64,000 bases of DNA from Gammaproteobacteria bacterium (GCA_023266115.1 JAHFRU010000002.1:58228-122227); one strand, 5' to 3'. Positions 1 to 18,786 are shown, counted from the stretch's first letter. A program made the numbers and translations. The notes: generated by a model from the sequence alone, not told the origin.

Positions 1-3000
1 AAAACCCACTCGTCGGGGAAGCTGCTGTTTTCGGCGAGGATCATTCCGTACCGCGGTTCCTGGCTCGATTTCGAGTTCGATCCGCTCGATTGCGTTTTCG
101 TGCGTATCGACAGGCGCCGCAAGTTGCCGGTGACCATACTGCTGCGCGCTCTCGGATTCAACAACCAGCAGATACTCGGTGTGTTCTATGAGAATGACAC
201 GTTCACCTTCGCCAGCGACGGTATTCAGCTCGAGTTGATTCCCGAGCGGTTGCGTGGTGACACGCTGTCGTTTGATATCAAGGCGGTTCGCGGCAAGGTG
301 ATCGTCGAGGCGGGGCGCCGCATTACCATGCGTCATATCGCCGAAATCGAGAAGGCCGACCTGAAGTCGCTGGTCGTGCCGACGGAATTCGTGATCGGCA
401 AGCGCCTGGCGAACGATATTATCGATAAGTCCAGCGGCGAGATCGTCGCCAATGCCAATGACGAGCTGACCGTTGAGCTGCTCGACAAGCTGAACAAGGC
501 CGGCATCAAGCAGATCAAGACGTTGTTCACCAACGATCTGGATCGTGGTGCCTATATCTCGGATACCCTGAATATCGATCTGACGCGCTCCGATCTGGAA
601 GCGCAGGTCGAGATCTACCGCATGATGCGCCCGGGCGAGCCGCCGACAAAGGACGCGGCGCAGCAGCTGTTTCACAATCTGTTTTTCTCGTCGGATCGCT
701 ATGATCTGTCGCCGGTCGGCCGCATGAAGTTCAATCGCCGCGTCGGTCGCAGCGAGATTGTCGGCGCTGGTGTGCTGTCGCAGGAAGACATTATTGATGT
801 GCTGAAAGTGCTCATCGATATCAAGAATGGTCGCGGCTTTGTCGATGATATCGACCATTTGGGCAACCGTCGCGTGCGCAGTGTCGGCGAGATGGTGGAA
901 AACCAGTTCCGTGTGGGGCTGGTGCGCGTGGAGCGCGCCGTCAAGGAGCGCCTGAGCCTTGCGGAAACCGAAGAGCTGGTGCCGCAGGAGCTGATCAACG
1001 CGAAGCCTGTGTCGGCCGCGATCAAGGAATTTTTCGGTTCCAGTCAGCTGTCGCAGTTCATGGATCAGAATAATCCGCTGTCGGAAGTCACGCACAAGCG
1101 GCGTGTTTCGGCGCTTGGGCCGGGCGGATTGACACGCGAGCGTGCCGGCTTCGAGGTACGCGACGTGCATCCGACACACTATGGCCGGGTCTGTCCAATC
1201 GAGACGCCGGAAGGCCCGAATATCGGTCTGATCAATTCGTTGTCGGTCTATGCGCGTACCAATGAATACGGGTTTCTTGAAACCCCGTATCGTAAGGTCG
1301 AAAACGGCAAGGCGACCAGTGATATCGAATTCCTCTCGGCAATCGAGGAAGGCCAGTATGTCATCGCCCAGGCGAGCGCTACGCTGGATAAGGCCGGGAA
1401 GTTTGTCGACGATCTCGTGTCGTGCCGGCATCAGAACGAGTTCTCGATGTTTACGCCGGATCGTATTCAGCATATGGACGTTTCACCGCGACAAATCGTT
1501 TCGGTGGCGGCGGCGCTGATTCCGTTTCTTGAGCACGATGACGCCAACCGTGCGTTGATGGGCTCGAACATGCAGCGTCAGGCGGTGCCGACATTACGTT
1601 CGGAAACACCACTGATCGGCACCGGTATCGAGCGCGCTGTCGCGATCGACTCGGGTACCGCCGTTGTCGCCACGCGCGGTGGCGAGGTCGACTTTGTCGA
1701 CGCCAGCCGTATCGTGGTGCGAGTCAATGACGATGAAACCGGCCCGGGCGAGCCGGGTGTCGATATTTACAACCTGATCAAATACACGCGTTCGAACCAG
1801 AACACCTGTATTAACCAGCGCCCGCTCGTCAGCAAGGGCGATGTCATTGCCAAGGGCGATGTGCTGGCCGACGGCTCCTCGACGGACATCGGTGAACTCG
1901 CGCTCGGACAGAATATGCTGGTCGCCTTCATGCCGTGGAACGGCTATAACTTCGAGGACTCGATCCTGATATCGGAGCGCGTCGTTGAGGAAGACCGTTT
2001 CACGACGATTCATATCGAAGAGCTGGCCTGCGTGTCGCGTGACACCAAGCTGGGGCCAGAGGAGATAACACCGGATATCCCGAATGTCGGTGAGGCCGCG
2101 CTATCCAAGCTCGACGAGGCGGGTGTCGTGTATATCGGCGCCGAGGTGAAGCCGGGCGATATCCTGGTCGGCAAGGTAACGCCAAAGAGCGAGACGCCGC
2201 TGACACCGGAAGAAAAGCTGTTGCGCGCGATATTCGGCGAGAAGGCCGCCGAGGTGAAGGACACGTCATTGCGGGTTCCGTCCGGAATGAATGGTACCGT
2301 CATCGACGTGCGTGTGTTTACGCGCGATGGTGTGGACAAGGATACGCGCGCCCTTCAAATCGAGGAAAGCGAGCTCGCGCGGGTCAAGAAGGATCTGCAC
2401 GACCAGTATCGTATCGTCGAGGATGACACCTATCAGCGCGTTGAAAGGTTGCTGGTTGGCAAGACGGCAGAAGGCGGTCCGAAAAAGCTGAAGGCGGGCA
2501 CCAAGATCATCAAGGGCTATCTGGAGGAGATTCCTCGCGAGAAGTGGTTTGAGGTGCGCTTGCGCGGTGAAGACGTCAACAAACAGCTCGAGCAGCTGCG
2601 CGATCAGCTCAAGCAGCAGCGTTCGCAGCTGGATGCTACCTACGAGGAGCAGCGCCGCAAGTTAACGGCCGGCGACGATCTGGCGCCGGGCGTGTTGAAG
2701 ATGGTAAAGGTCTATCTTGCCGTCAAGCGCCGTATCCAGCCGGGTGACAAGATGGCCGGGCGCCATGGCAACAAGGGCGTCATTTCGATGATCGTTCCGG
2801 TTGAGGATATGCCTCACATGGAGGATGGTACGCCGGTCGATATTGTCCTGAATCCGCTGGGTGTGCCGTCCCGAATGAATGTCGGGCAGGTGCTCGAGGC
2901 CCATCTGGGCTGGGCCGCCAAGGGGTTGGGTAACAAGATCGCGAAAATGCTGGAAGATCAGCGAAAGGTCGCGGAGGTGCGCAAGTTCCTCGACCAGATA

Positions 3001-3570
3001 TACAACTCCAGCGGTCGCAAGGAAGACCTCGACTCATTCTCCGACAACGAGATTATCGTGCTCGCCCGTAATCTGCGCGAGGGGGTGCCGATGGCGACCC
3101 CGGTCTTCGATGGTTGCAGTGAAGGCGAGATCAAGAAAATGCTGGCGCTCGCGGATCTGCCCACCGGCGGTCAGACGACACTGGTTGACGGCCGTACCGG
3201 AGAGGCGTTCAGACGCCAGATCACCGTCGGTTACATGTACATGTTGAAACTGAACCACCTGGTCGATGACAAGATGCATGCCCGGTCCACCGGTCCGTAC
3301 AGTCTCGTTACTCAGCAGCCGCTCGGCGGCAAGGCGCAGTTTGGCGGACAGCGTTTCGGTGAGATGGAGGTGTGGGCGCTCGAAGCCTACGGCGCTGCTT
3401 ATACCTTGCAGGAAATGCTTACCGTCAAATCTGACGACGTCAGCGGTCGTACCAAGATGTACAAGAACATTGTCGACGGCGACCATCGCATGGAAGCCGG
3501 CATGCCGGAATCCTTCAACGTGCTCACGAAGGAAATCCGGTCGCTGGGTATTGATATCGAGCTCAGTTGA
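1..3570 (+). CDS. rpoB: RNA polymerase beta subunit (5' truncated by window edge)
   Basis: Frame open from base 1 ([27 protein letters not shown]); motifs [47 protein letters not shown]. Confidence 0.99.
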   Translation, partial: KTHSSGKLLFSARIIPYRGSWLDFEFDPLDCVFVRIDRRRKLPVTILLRALGFNNQQILGVFYENDTFTFASDGIQLELIPERLRGDTLSFDIKAVRGKVIVEAGRRITMRHIAEIEKADLKSLVVPTEFVIGKRLANDIIDKSSGEIVANANDELTVELLDKLNKAGIKQIKTLFTNDLDRGAYISDTLNIDLTRSDLEAQVEIYRMMRPGEPPTKDAAQQLFHNLFFSSDRYDLSPVGRMKFNRRVGRSEIVGAGVLSQEDIIDVLKVLIDIKNGRGFVDDIDHLGNRRVRSVGEMVENQFRVGLVRVERAVKERLSLAETEELVPQELINAKPVSAAIKEFFGSSQLSQFMDQNNPLSEVTHKRRVSALGPGGLTRERAGFEVRDVHPTHYGRVCPIETPEGPNIGLINSLSVYARTNEYGFLETPYRKVENGKATSDIEFLSAIEEGQYVIAQASATLDKAGKFVDDLVSCRHQNEFSMFTPDRIQHMDVSPRQIVSVAAALIPFLEHDDANRALMGSNMQRQAVPTLRSETPLIGTGIERAVAIDSGTAVVATRGGEVDFVDASRIVVRVNDDETGPGEPGVDIYNLIKYTRSNQNTCINQRPLVSKGDVIAKGDVLADGSSTDIGELALGQNMLVAFMPWNGYNFEDSILISERVVEEDRFTTIHIEELACVSRDTKLGPEEITPDIPNVGEAALSKLDEAGVVYIGAEVKPGDILVGKVTPKSETPLTPEEKLLRAIFGEKAAEVKDTSLRVPSGMNGTVIDVRVFTRDGVDKDTRALQIEESELARVKKDLHDQYRIVEDDTYQRVERLLVGKTAEGGPKKLKAGTKIIKGYLEEIPREKWFEVRLRGEDVNKQLEQLRDQLKQQRSQLDATYEEQRRKLTAGDDLAPGVLKMVKVYLAVKRRIQPGDKMAGRHGNKGVISMIVPVEDMPHMEDGTPVDIVLNPLGVPSRMNVGQVLEAHLGWAAKGLGNKIAKMLEDQRKVAEVRKFLDQIYNSSGRKEDLDSFSDNEIIVLARNLREGVPMATPVFDGCSEGEIKKMLALADLPTGGQTTLVDGRTGEAFRRQITVGYMYMLKLNHLVDDKMHARSTGPYSLVTQQPLGGKAQFGGQRFGEMEVWALEAYGAAYTLQEMLTVKSDDVSGRTKMYKNIVDGDHRMEAGMPESFNVLTKEIRSLGIDIELS

Positions 3571-3655
3571 ACACGTATTGGCTGATGGCTGCGACGGATG
3601 AAATTCGAGGCAATTGCCGATCGCATCCTACTAACCAGGCAGCAGGAGAACGACC

Positions 3656-7876
<4,221 letters not shown>

Positions 7877-7981
7877 CGCCGGTAACGGGAATGCGCGGTG
7901 GCCGTGCCGCCCATTTCCGGATTGCGAGCGGTGGCAAGTGAAGGATGGGAAAGAAATATGTAAATTAAACATGGAATTCGC

Positions 7982-8010
7982 TTGACAGGTCCCTGGCAGG
8001 ATTCTAGAAT
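7982..8010 (+). promoter_or_regulatory. Sigma70 promoter of the str operon
   Basis: TTGACA (7982-7987), 17-bp spacer, TAGAAT (8005-8010); A/T-rich UP-like tract at about 7951-7980. Confidence 0.85.
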
Positions 8011-8150
8011 TTCGCCTCTTTGGTTAGGGCTATGCAACTCCCCTGCCAAATTCAAATTCAAGGCTTAAGCGTTCACCCGTTTCGTCCCGTAAATCGCGGG
8101 CAGAAAAATGGCTGAGCGCTTAAATATATTTTGGGTAGAGCAAAATACGA

Positions 8151-8525
8151 ATGGCTACAGTTAATCAATTAGTAAGAAAGCCTCGGGACCGCCAGACGGA
8201 GAAGAGCAACGTGCCGGCGCTGCAGGGATGTCCTCAGAAACGTGGTGTGTGTACCCGTGTCTATACTACGACGCCGAAAAAACCGAACTCGGCCCTGCGC
8301 AAGGTCGCACGCGTGCGCTTGACGAATGGTATGGAAGTGACGACCTACATCGGCGGTGAGGGGCATAATCTTCAGGAGCACTCGGTTGTTCTGATTCGCG
8401 GCGGGCGGGTCAAGGATCTGCCGGGCGTTCGCTATCACACAGTACGGGGAAGCCTGGATACGTCGGGTGTCGATGGCCGGCGCCAGGGTCGTTCCAAATA
8501 TGGCGCAAAGCGTCCGAAAGCCTGA
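8151..8525 (+). CDS. rpsL: 30S ribosomal protein S12
   Basis: [11 protein letters not shown] and [11 protein letters not shown] motifs. Confidence 0.99.
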   Translation: MATVNQLVRKPRDRQTEKSNVPALQGCPQKRGVCTRVYTTTPKKPNSALRKVARVRLTNGMEVTTYIGGEGHNLQEHSVVLIRGGRVKDLPGVRYHTVRGSLDTSGVDGRRQGRSKYGAKRPKA

Positions 8526-8565
8526 TCGAAACCTAAACACCGCCGGGAAGAACGAGTAAGCACAC

Positions 8566-9036
8566 ATGTCACGTAGAAGAGTCAGTGCAAAACGGGTAAT
8601 TCTCCCCGATCCGAAATTTCACAACGAAATTCTCGCGAAGTTCGTCAACGTCGTGATGAAGTCGGGTAAGAAATCGGTCGCCGAGCGCATTGTTTACGGT
8701 GCGCTGGATGAGGTGGCCAAGAAGGGTAGCGAGGACGTACTGGCGGCCTTTAACAAGGCGCTGGACAACATACGCCCGGTCGTTGAGGTGAAGTCGCGGC
8801 GCGTGGGCGGAGCGACGTACCAGGTTCCGGTCGAGGTGCGCGCGTCCCGCCGGACAGCGCTCGCGATGCGCTGGCTCGTTGAGTCGGCGCGCGGACGCAG
8901 CGAGAAGACCATGGGCTCGCGGCTGGCGAGCGAGATACTGGATGCCTGCGAAAGTCGCGGCACCGCGGTCAAGAAGCGCGAAGACATGCATCGTATGGCC
9001 GAGGCCAACAAAGCGTTCTCGCATTTCCGCTGGTAA
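8566..9036 (+). CDS. rpsG: 30S ribosomal protein S7
   Basis: [28 protein letters not shown]. Confidence 0.99.
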   Translation: MSRRRVSAKRVILPDPKFHNEILAKFVNVVMKSGKKSVAERIVYGALDEVAKKGSEDVLAAFNKALDNIRPVVEVKSRRVGGATYQVPVEVRASRRTALAMRWLVESARGRSEKTMGSRLASEILDACESRGTAVKKREDMHRMAEANKAFSHFRW

Positions 9037-9065
9037 CCGTTACGTAGATCGATAAAGGGCAGATC

Positions 9066-11165
<2,100 letters not shown>

Positions 11166-11215
11166 GTTTCCTGTCCGATAAATTCAGACGTATATAGTTA
11201 AAGGGGTAGAGAGTC

Positions 11216-12406
11216 GTGTCCAAGGAAAAATTTGAGCGAAAGAAGCCGCACGTAAACGTCGGCACGATCGGTCACGTAGACCACGGCAAGACGACGCTGA
11301 CAGCGGCGCTGACGAAAGTGCTGGCGGAGAAATTTGGCGGATCGTTTATCGCGTACGACCAGATCGACAAAGCGCCGGAAGAAAAAGCCCGCGGCATCAC
11401 GATATCCACCTCGCACGTCGAATACGAAAGCGCCAAGCGCCACTACGCCCACGTTGACTGCCCGGGACATGCAGACTACGTCAAAAACATGATCACCGGA
11501 GCCGCCCAGATGGACGGCGCCGTACTGGTCGTCAGCGCAGCCGACGGCCCGATGCCGCAGACGCGCGAACACATCCTACTGTCGCGCCAGGTCGGCGTCC
11601 CCTACATCGTCGTCTTCCTCAACAAAGCCGACATGGTGGATGATGCCGAACTGCTCGAACTCGTCGAAATGGAAGTCCGCGAACTGCTCGACTCCTACAG
11701 TTTCCCGGGTGACGCCACCCCGATCATCACCGGCTCCGCGCTCAAAGCCCTCGAAGGCGACCAAAGCGACATCGGCGTCCCGGCCATCCTCAAGCTGGTC
11801 GACGCGATGGACAGCTACATCCCCGAGCCCGAGCGCGCCATCGACGGCGACTACCTGATGCCCGTCGAAGACGTCTTCTCCATCTCTGGACGTGGCACCG
11901 TCGTCACCGGCCGCATTGAACGCGGCATCGTCAAAGTCGGCGACGAAGTCGAAATCGTCGGCCTCAAAGACACCCAAAAGACCATCGTCACCGGCGTCGA
12001 AATGTTCCGCAAACTGCTCGACCAGGGCCAGGCCGGCGACAACTGCGGCGTGCTGCTGCGCGGCACCAAGCGCGACGACGTCGAACGAGGCCAGGTACTG
12101 GCCAAGCCCGGCTCCATCAAGCCGCACACCCAGTTTGAAGCCGAGATCTACGTCCTGAGCAAGGAAGAAGGCGGGCGACACACCCCGTTTTTCAAAGGCT
12201 ACCGGCCCCAGTTCTACTTCCGGACCACCGACGTCACGGGCGAAATGGACCTGCCGGAAGGCGTGGAAATGGTCATGCCGGGCGACAACATCAAAGTGAC
12301 GGTGACACTGATTGCGCCGATCGCGATGGAAGACGGGTTGCGTTTTGCGGTACGTGAAGGTGGACGTACCGTCGGCGCCGGTGTCGTTACCAAGATTCTT
12401 GCATAG
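11216..12406 (+). CDS. tuf: Elongation factor Tu
   Basis: [34 protein letters not shown]. Confidence 0.99.
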   Translation: MSKEKFERKKPHVNVGTIGHVDHGKTTLTAALTKVLAEKFGGSFIAYDQIDKAPEEKARGITISTSHVEYESAKRHYAHVDCPGHADYVKNMITGAAQMDGAVLVVSAADGPMPQTREHILLSRQVGVPYIVVFLNKADMVDDAELLELVEMEVRELLDSYSFPGDATPIITGSALKALEGDQSDIGVPAILKLVDAMDSYIPEPERAIDGDYLMPVEDVFSISGRGTVVTGRIERGIVKVGDEVEIVGLKDTQKTIVTGVEMFRKLLDQGQAGDNCGVLLRGTKRDDVERGQVLAKPGSIKPHTQFEAEIYVLSKEEGGRHTPFFKGYRPQFYFRTTDVTGEMDLPEGVEMVMPGDNIKVTVTLIAPIAMEDGLRFAVREGGRTVGAGVVTKILA

Positions 12407-12417
12407 GTTTTAATGTC

Positions 12418-12732
12418 ATGAGCAATAGCCAGAGAATACGCATCCGTCTTAAGGCCTTTGATCATCGCCTGATCGATCAGTCGGCGCTGGAGATTGCCGA
12501 AACGGCAAAGCGTACCGGGGCGCATGTGCGCGGGCCGATTCCGTTGCCGACCAAGAAAGAGCGGTTCACGATCCTGATCTCGCCGCACGTGAACAAGGAT
12601 GCGCGCGATCAGTATGAGCTGCGCACCCATAAGCGTTTAATGGATATTGTGGATCCGACGGACAAGACGGTGGATGCGCTGATGAAACTGGATCTGGCGG
12701 CCGGCGTGGACGTGCAGATCAAGCTGAATTAA
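12418..12732 (+). CDS. rpsJ: 30S ribosomal protein S10
   Basis: [22 protein letters not shown]. Confidence 0.99.
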   Translation: MSNSQRIRIRLKAFDHRLIDQSALEIAETAKRTGAHVRGPIPLPTKKERFTILISPHVNKDARDQYELRTHKRLMDIVDPTDKTVDALMKLDLAAGVDVQIKLN

Positions 12733-12779
12733 TGCGTGCTTCGCGCGCGTTGTCTTGAGATGTTAAGAGGCTATCGGTA

Positions 12780-13433
12780 ATGGCAATAGGTTTAGTCGGT
12801 CGCAAGTGCGGTATGACGCGGGTCTTTCTTGAAGACGGCCGCGCGATTCCCGTAACGGTCGTGGAGATTACGCCAAACCGCGTAACCCAGATCAAGGTTG
12901 AAGGCGGCGACGGATACCGCGCGCTGCAGGTGACGACGGGCACGCGCCGCGCGTCGCGGGTGACCCGGCCGATGGCCGGGCATTTTGCCAAAGCCGGCGT
13001 CGAAGCGGGTCGTGGCACATGGGAATTTCGGTTGGAAGCGGGCGAGGGCGAAGGTATCAATGTTGGCCAGGAGCTCAAGGTCGATCAGTTTGCCGCCGGT
13101 CAGAAAGTCGATGTTATCGGAACATCCATCGGCAAGGGTTTTGCCGGCGTGATCAAACGCTATCATTTTGCCGCGCAGGACGCGACGCACGGTAACTCGC
13201 TTTCGCACCGCGCCCCAGGTTCTATTGGACAACGGCAGTCACCCGGTCGCGTGTTCAAGGGCAAGAAAATGGCCGGTCATCTCGGTAACGCACGTCGTAC
13301 CACGCAAAATCTCGAGGTCGTACGGGTCGATGCTGAGCGTAACGTTTTGTTGATCAAGGGAGCGATCCCCGGAGCGGCCGGCTCGGACGTTATCGTACGT
13401 CCGGCAATTAAGGCCAGGCCGGTATCCGAATAG
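12780..13433 (+). CDS. rplC: 50S ribosomal protein L3
   Basis: [26 protein letters not shown]. Confidence 0.98.
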   Translation: MAIGLVGRKCGMTRVFLEDGRAIPVTVVEITPNRVTQIKVEGGDGYRALQVTTGTRRASRVTRPMAGHFAKAGVEAGRGTWEFRLEAGEGEGINVGQELKVDQFAAGQKVDVIGTSIGKGFAGVIKRYHFAAQDATHGNSLSHRAPGSIGQRQSPGRVFKGKKMAGHLGNARRTTQNLEVVRVDAERNVLLIKGAIPGAAGSDVIVRPAIKARPVSE

Positions 13434-13444
13434 AGGTGAGTGTA

Positions 13445-14062
13445 GTGGAGATTAGTGTCTTAACAGCTAGCGGCGAATCAAAGGGAACCCTGAAGGTTTC
13501 CGACAACGCGTTCGGTCGCGAATTCAATGAGCCGCTGATTCATCAGGTTATAACCGCCTATCTCGCTGGTGGCCGTGCAGGTACCCGCGCCCACAAGAAT
13601 CGCAGCGATGTGCGAGGTGGTGGCCGCAAACCCTGGAAACAGAAGGGCAGCGGTCGAGCGCGCGTAGGGACTATTCGCAGTCCGCTGTGGCGCGGGGGCG
13701 GCAAGACGTTCGCTGCGCGGACAGCGGATTACACCCAGAAGATTAACAAGAAGATGTATCGCGGTGCGCTGCAGTCCATTTTGTCCGAGCTGGTACGACA
13801 AGCCAGAATGGTCGTTATCGACAATTTGTCCCTGGAGACGCCGAAGACCAAGGAGCTTGCCAGCAAGCTTGCGCAGCTTGGCGTCAGCAAAGCGCTGATT
13901 GTGACCGATCAGCTCGACAATAATCTTGTATTGGCGGCCCGTAACCTGCCGCATGTCGACGTGATCGGCGTTAATGAAATTGATCCGGTGCGCTTGGTCG
14001 GATTTGACAAAATCTTGATATCTGCCGCGGCGGTCAAGCAGCTGGAAGAGAGGTTCGCATGA
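13445..14062 (+). CDS. rplD: 50S ribosomal protein L4
   Basis: [12 protein letters not shown] loop; GTG at 13445 chosen from GAGGTG SD spacing (ORF track uses 13436). Confidence 0.97.
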   Translation: MEISVLTASGESKGTLKVSDNAFGREFNEPLIHQVITAYLAGGRAGTRAHKNRSDVRGGGRKPWKQKGSGRARVGTIRSPLWRGGGKTFAARTADYTQKINKKMYRGALQSILSELVRQARMVVIDNLSLETPKTKELASKLAQLGVSKALIVTDQLDNNLVLAARNLPHVDVIGVNEIDPVRLVGFDKILISAAAVKQLEERFA

Positions 14063-14352
14063 ATCAGGAGCGACTTTCCAAAATTATTGTAGCCCCGCAT
14101 GTGTCGGAAAAGAGTACCGTCGCGGCGGACAAGAATCACCAGCATGTTTTCCGGGTGCTGACGGATGCATCCAAGCGGGAGATCAGGGATGCCGTCGAGC
14201 AGTTATTTAACGTGAAGGTAGATTCAGTCACCACGTTGGTCACGCGCGGCAAGGTTAAGCGCGCCGGCGCCGGATTTGGTAAACGAGCGAATTTCAAGAA
14301 GGCCTATGTCCGTCTGCAACCCGGGCACGACATTGATATTCTTCGGCAGTAA
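14059..14352 (+). CDS. rplW: 50S ribosomal protein L23
   Basis: PHVSEKS, KKAYVRL; overlaps rplD stop. Confidence 0.97.
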   Translation: MNQERLSKIIVAPHVSEKSTVAADKNHQHVFRVLTDASKREIRDAVEQLFNVKVDSVTTLVTRGKVKRAGAGFGKRANFKKAYVRLQPGHDIDILRQ

Positions 14353-14381
14353 CTAGGTAGCAGAGAAACAGGATTCGAGAG

Positions 14382-15209
14382 ATGGCTCTTGTAAAAGCAA
14401 AACCAACGTCCGCTGGACGCCGTTTCGTTGTTCGCGTGGTTACGCCTGACCTCCATAAAGGTGAGCCGCATCGCGCTCTGATTGAAAAGAAGAACCGGAC
14501 CGGCGGTCGGAACAACGATGGCCGGATCACTGTTCGGCATCAGGGTGGTGGACATAAGCAGCACTATCGACTGGTCGATTTTAAGCGTAATAAAGACGGT
14601 ATTCCGGCAAGGATAGAGCGCATAGAATATGATCCGAATCGCAGCGCGCATCTGGCGTTGCTGTTGTATGCGGACGGCGAAAGGCGGTACATCATTGCGC
14701 CGAAGGGTGCAGCCGCCGGACTGGAATTGGTGTCGGGTAACGATGCCCCGATCAAGAGCGGCAACTGTTTGCCGCTGCGGCATATCCCGGTGGGTACGAC
14801 GGTGCATTGCATTGAATTGAAGTCCGGCAAGGGCGCGCAGATCGCGCGTAGTGCCGGGGCGTCGGTGCAGCTTGTGAGCAAGGAAGGCGCCTATGCGACG
14901 CTCAGGCTGCGCTCTGGTGAGATGCGCAAGATACAGATTGAGTGTCGCGCCACCATCGGCGAAGTCGGTAATGAGGAGCACAACCTGCGGTCGTATGGTA
15001 AGGCAGGGGCCAGGCGCTGGCTGGGCATACGCCCGACGGTGCGTGGCGTTGCCATGAACCCCGTGGATCATCCTCACGGCGGCGGCGAAGGAAAGACCTC
15101 TGGCGGCCGGCATCCGGTATCGCCGTGGGGCACGCCGACGAAGGGATACAAGACACGTCGTAACAAGCGTACCGGCGACATGATTGCGCGTGATCGCAGA
15201 CGCAAGTAG
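14382..15209 (+). CDS. rplB: 50S ribosomal protein L2
   Basis: [25 protein letters not shown]. Confidence 0.99.
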   Translation: MALVKAKPTSAGRRFVVRVVTPDLHKGEPHRALIEKKNRTGGRNNDGRITVRHQGGGHKQHYRLVDFKRNKDGIPARIERIEYDPNRSAHLALLLYADGERRYIIAPKGAAAGLELVSGNDAPIKSGNCLPLRHIPVGTTVHCIELKSGKGAQIARSAGASVQLVSKEGAYATLRLRSGEMRKIQIECRATIGEVGNEEHNLRSYGKAGARRWLGIRPTVRGVAMNPVDHPHGGGEGKTSGGRHPVSPWGTPTKGYKTRRNKRTGDMIARDRRRK

Positions 15210-15258
15210 CCACGAGATTTTTGAGTCGTATTCGTTAAGGAATTATTGAGGATAACAA

Positions 15259-15531
15259 GTGCCACGTTCACTGAAAAAAGGGCCATTTGTCGATTTGCAC
15301 CTCGCGAAAAAAGTCGAGGAAGCGAATACTGTCAAGAGTAAGAAGCCTATAAAGACCTGGTCGCGTCGCTCGGTCGTCATTCCGGACATGATAGGGTTGA
15401 CGATAGCGGTACATAACGGTCGCCTGCACGTGCCGGTGCTCGTCAGTGAAAACATGGTGGGTCACAAGCTCGGTGAATTTTCGGCTACCCGAACGTTCAA
15501 GGGGCATGTTGCCACGAAAACGGTGAAATAG
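15259..15531 (+). CDS. rpsS: 30S ribosomal protein S19
   Basis: [17 protein letters not shown]. Confidence 0.99.
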   Translation: MPRSLKKGPFVDLHLAKKVEEANTVKSKKPIKTWSRRSVVIPDMIGLTIAVHNGRLHVPVLVSENMVGHKLGEFSATRTFKGHVATKTVK

Positions 15532-15539
15532 CTTGGGAC

Positions 15540-15878
15540 ATGACGATGGAAGTAGATGCTAAATTGAAGTTTGCACGCATTTCTGCGCAAAAGGGTCGCC
15601 TGGTTGCGGATCAGATTCGCGGATTGCCCGTAGAGCGCGCGCTGCAACTGCTCGAGTTCAGCCCGAAGAAGGCAGCGACGATGATCAAAAAGGTACTCGA
15701 ATCGGCTATTGCCAATGCGGAACACAATGCCGGCGCGGACGTCGATGAGCTGAAGGTATCGCGTATTTTGGTTGATGAAGGTCCGTCGCAAAAGCGCTGG
15801 AGCCCGCGGGCAAGGGGTAGCGCGAACCGTATTTTGAAGCGCACCAGCCATATTATTGTGGCGGTTTCCGATGAATAA
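15540..15878 (+). CDS. rplV: 50S ribosomal protein L22
   Basis: [18 protein letters not shown] (start may be 15546). Confidence 0.98.
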   Translation: MTMEVDAKLKFARISAQKGRLVADQIRGLPVERALQLLEFSPKKAATMIKKVLESAIANAEHNAGADVDELKVSRILVDEGPSQKRWSPRARGSANRILKRTSHIIVAVSDE

Positions 15879-15893
15879 CTCAGAGAGTTTGTA

Positions 15894-16574
15894 ATGGGTC
15901 AGAAAGTACATCCAACTGGAATACGTCTGGGTATCATCAAGGACTGGACGTCGACTTGGTACGCGGGATCGAAGGATTATGCCGATTATCTGAATACCGA
16001 CCTGGCGGTGCGGGCCTTCTTGAAACAGAAGTTATCCCAGGCGTCTGTCAGTCGTATCCAGATAGCGCGGCCGGCACGTAACGCGCGTATTACGATCCAC
16101 ACTGCGCGACCCGGCATCGTTATCGGCAAGAAAGGCGAAGATGTCGAAGCGCTGCGCAAGCAGGTCGCCGCGATGATGGGTGTGCCGGTACACATCAGTA
16201 TCGAAGAGATCCGCAAGCCGGAGCTGGATGCGCAACTTGTCGCCGAGAGCGTGTCGCAGCAGATTGAGCGGCGTATCATGTTTCGCCGCGCAATGAAACG
16301 CGCTGTTGCGAACACGATGCGGCTGGGCGGGCAAGGAATCAAGATACGGGTGGCTGGTCGTTTGAACAACTCGGAGATTGCACGTTCAGAGTGGTATCGT
16401 GAGGGCCGCGTTCCGTTGCATACACTGCGTGCCGATATAGATTACGGCTTCTCGAAGGCAATTACGACATCGGGTGTTATCGGGGTGAAAGTGTGGATCT
16501 TCAAAGGTGAAGTGTTCGGCGCCCAGGAAGAAGAGGCTAGCGCCAGTGCGGAGCCGGCAGCTGCTGCGAGCTAA
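15894..16574 (+). CDS. rpsC: 30S ribosomal protein S3
   Basis: [31 protein letters not shown]. Confidence 0.99.
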   Translation: MGQKVHPTGIRLGIIKDWTSTWYAGSKDYADYLNTDLAVRAFLKQKLSQASVSRIQIARPARNARITIHTARPGIVIGKKGEDVEALRKQVAAMMGVPVHISIEEIRKPELDAQLVAESVSQQIERRIMFRRAMKRAVANTMRLGGQGIKIRVAGRLNNSEIARSEWYREGRVPLHTLRADIDYGFSKAITTSGVIGVKVWIFKGEVFGAQEEEASASAEPAAAAS

Positions 16575-16587
16575 TTAGGAATTCGAC

Positions 16588-17001
16588 ATGCTTCAACCGA
16601 AACGAACAAAATTTCGTAAACAGTTCAAGGGACGCAATCGTGGCGTGGCGTCGCGTGGCAATAAGGTCAGCTTCGGCGAGTACGGGCTGAAAGCGACGAC
16701 GCGCGGCCGCGTCACCGCCCGCCAGATAGAGGCGGCACGTCGAGCGATGACCCGCTATGTAAAGCGCGGTGGCCGCGTCTGGATACGCGTGTTCCCGGAC
16801 AAGCCGATCACCAAGAAGCCCCTCGAAGTGCGCATGGGTAAAGGTAAAGGCAACGTAGAATACTGGGTTGCCCAAATCAAGCCTGGTCACATGCTCTATG
16901 AGATGGAAGGCGTGACGGAGGAGGTGGCACGCGAGGCGTTCAAGCTGGCCTCCGCGAAGCTACCGGTGTTAACGACATTTGTAACGCGGACAGTAATGTG
17001 A
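16588..17001 (+). CDS. rplP: 50S ribosomal protein L16
   Basis: [18 protein letters not shown]. Confidence 0.99.
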   Translation: MLQPKRTKFRKQFKGRNRGVASRGNKVSFGEYGLKATTRGRVTARQIEAARRAMTRYVKRGGRVWIRVFPDKPITKKPLEVRMGKGKGNVEYWVAQIKPGHMLYEMEGVTEEVAREAFKLASAKLPVLTTFVTRTVM

Positions 17002-17198
17002 GCACAGCAAGCGAATACAGAATTAAAACGGTGCCGGAGCTGAAACAGGAGCTTCAGGCGCTGCTGCGCGAGCAGTTCAATCTACGCATGCAGCGGGGAT
17101 CCGGCCAACTGTCCAAGCCTCACCAGATGAAGGCCGGGCGGCGCAATATTGCGCGGATCAAGACCTTATTGAAGGAAAAAGCGGATAGCGAGTCATGA
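16998..17198 (+). CDS. rpmC: 50S ribosomal protein L29
   Basis: [17 protein letters not shown]; synteny. Confidence 0.96.
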   Translation: MSTASEYRIKTVPELKQELQALLREQFNLRMQRGSGQLSKPHQMKAGRRNIARIKTLLKEKADSES

Positions 17199-17458
17199 GT
17201 GACGCACCGAAAAAAGCAGCCCGTACGGTGACTGGCCGAGTGGTCAGTGACAAGATGGACAAGACGATTACCGTTCTGATCGAGCGCCGCGTGCGCCATC
17301 CGATATATGGCAAGATCGTCCGGCGTAGCACCAAGCTGCACGCTCACGACGAGCAGAACGAATGTGGTGAAGGCGATACCGTGATCATCGAACAATGTCG
17401 GCCGCTGTCGAAGAGCAAGTCATGGCGTCTGGTGAAGATCGAGGAACGGGCGAAGTAA
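17195..17458 (+). CDS. rpsQ: 30S ribosomal protein S17
   Basis: [20 protein letters not shown]. Confidence 0.98.
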   Translation: MSDAPKKAARTVTGRVVSDKMDKTITVLIERRVRHPIYGKIVRRSTKLHAHDEQNECGEGDTVIIEQCRPLSKSKSWRLVKIEERAK

Positions 17459-17482
17459 TCTACGGATTTTGGGGAAACAGTA

Positions 17483-17851
17483 ATGATTCAGATGCAGACC
17501 GTTCTGGACGTGGCCGACAATAGCGGCGCCCGCCAGGTAATGTGTATCAAGGTGCTCGGCGGCTCGAAGCGCCGTTACGCCCGTATTGGCGACGTCATCA
17601 AGGTCAGCATCAAGGACGCAATTCCACGCGGTAAGGTCAAGAAAGGCGAGGTTTACGACGCCGTCGTCGTACGTACCCGTAAGGGCGTGCGCCGGCCGGA
17701 CGGATCGGTAATCCGGTTTGATGGTAATGCGGCGGTATTGCTGAATAACCAGCTTCAGCCCATTGGCACCCGTATCTTCGGGCCCGTGACTCGCGAGCTG
17801 CGTACGGAGCGCTTTATGAGGATCATCTCGCTGGCGCCGGAAGTGCTTTGA
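17483..17851 (+). CDS. rplN: 50S ribosomal protein L14
   Basis: [22 protein letters not shown]. Confidence 0.99.
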   Translation: MIQMQTVLDVADNSGARQVMCIKVLGGSKRRYARIGDVIKVSIKDAIPRGKVKKGEVYDAVVVRTRKGVRRPDGSVIRFDGNAAVLLNNQLQPIGTRIFGPVTRELRTERFMRIISLAPEVL

Positions 17852-17915
17852 GTTTGCGCTTTGGGCCAAGTGCGGTATGGGGTTGACGGTTTAGATTGGC
17901 TTGCAGGTTAGTGAA

Positions 17916-18233
17916 ATGAAAAAGATCAGAAAAGATGACGAAGTGATCGTGATTGCCGGCAGGGATAAGGGCAAAACGGGTACGGTTTTGCGTGTCCAGA
18001 CGGACGATCGGCTCCTTGTCTCTGGCGTCAACATGGTGAAGCGCCACACCAAACCCAACCCGACGCGCGGTGTGGGGGGTGGCATAGTCGAAAAGGAAAT
18101 GCCGATCCAGATATCGAATGTCGCGCTGCTTAATCCGATCACCAAGCGGGCAGACAAGGTCGCGTTCCGGGTATTGGAAGACGGCCGAAAAGTACGGTAT
18201 TTCAAATCAAATAATGAAGTAGTGGATATCTGA
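17916..18233 (+). CDS. rplX: 50S ribosomal protein L24
   Basis: KOW motif [13 protein letters not shown]; ATG at 17916 preferred over TTG 17901. Confidence 0.97.
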   Translation: MKKIRKDDEVIVIAGRDKGKTGTVLRVQTDDRLLVSGVNMVKRHTKPNPTRGVGGGIVEKEMPIQISNVALLNPITKRADKVAFRVLEDGRKVRYFKSNNEVVDI

Positions 18234-18237
18234 CGAC

Positions 18238-18777
18238 ATGGCACGTTTGCAGAAACATTATAACGACACCGTCATCAAGCAGTTGACCGAACAGTTCGGT
18301 TACAAGAGCGCGATGCAGGTTCCGCGGATCACGAAAGTCACGTTGAACATGGGCGTTGGCGAGGCCGTTGGCGACAAGAAAATTATCGATAACGCAGTCG
18401 CCGATATGACGGCGATTGCGGGCCAGAAGCCGATCGTGACGCGTGCGCGCAAGTCAGTGGCAGGGTTCAAAATTCGCGAGGAATGGCCCATTGGATGCAA
18501 GGTCACCTTGCGGCGTGAGAAGATGTATGAATTTCTTGATCGCCTGATCAGTATCGCGATCCCGCGTATCCGTGATTTTCGTGGCCTGAATCCGCGGTCG
18601 TTCGACGGGCGCGGCAACTACAGCCTCGGGGTTCGCGAACAGATTATTTTTCCGGAAATCCAATACGACAAGATCGATGCATTGCGCGGTATGGATATCA
18701 CCATTACGACCACGGCACTGTCGGATGAAGAAGCGCGCGCCTTGCTTGTGGCATTTAGTTTTCCGTTGAGGAGCTGA
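18238..18777 (+). CDS. rplE: 50S ribosomal protein L5
   Basis: [15 protein letters not shown]. Confidence 0.99.
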   Translation: MARLQKHYNDTVIKQLTEQFGYKSAMQVPRITKVTLNMGVGEAVGDKKIIDNAVADMTAIAGQKPIVTRARKSVAGFKIREEWPIGCKVTLRREKMYEFLDRLISIAIPRIRDFRGLNPRSFDGRGNYSLGVREQIIFPEIQYDKIDALRGMDITITTTALSDEEARALLVAFSFPLRS

Positions 18778-18786
18778 GGAACGACG

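Noticed and set aside
1036-1116. Possible rifampicin-resistance changes in RpoB, and streptomycin sites in S12
   Set aside because: Key residues (Q, D, H, S in [22 protein letters not shown]; both S12 lysines) are wild-type
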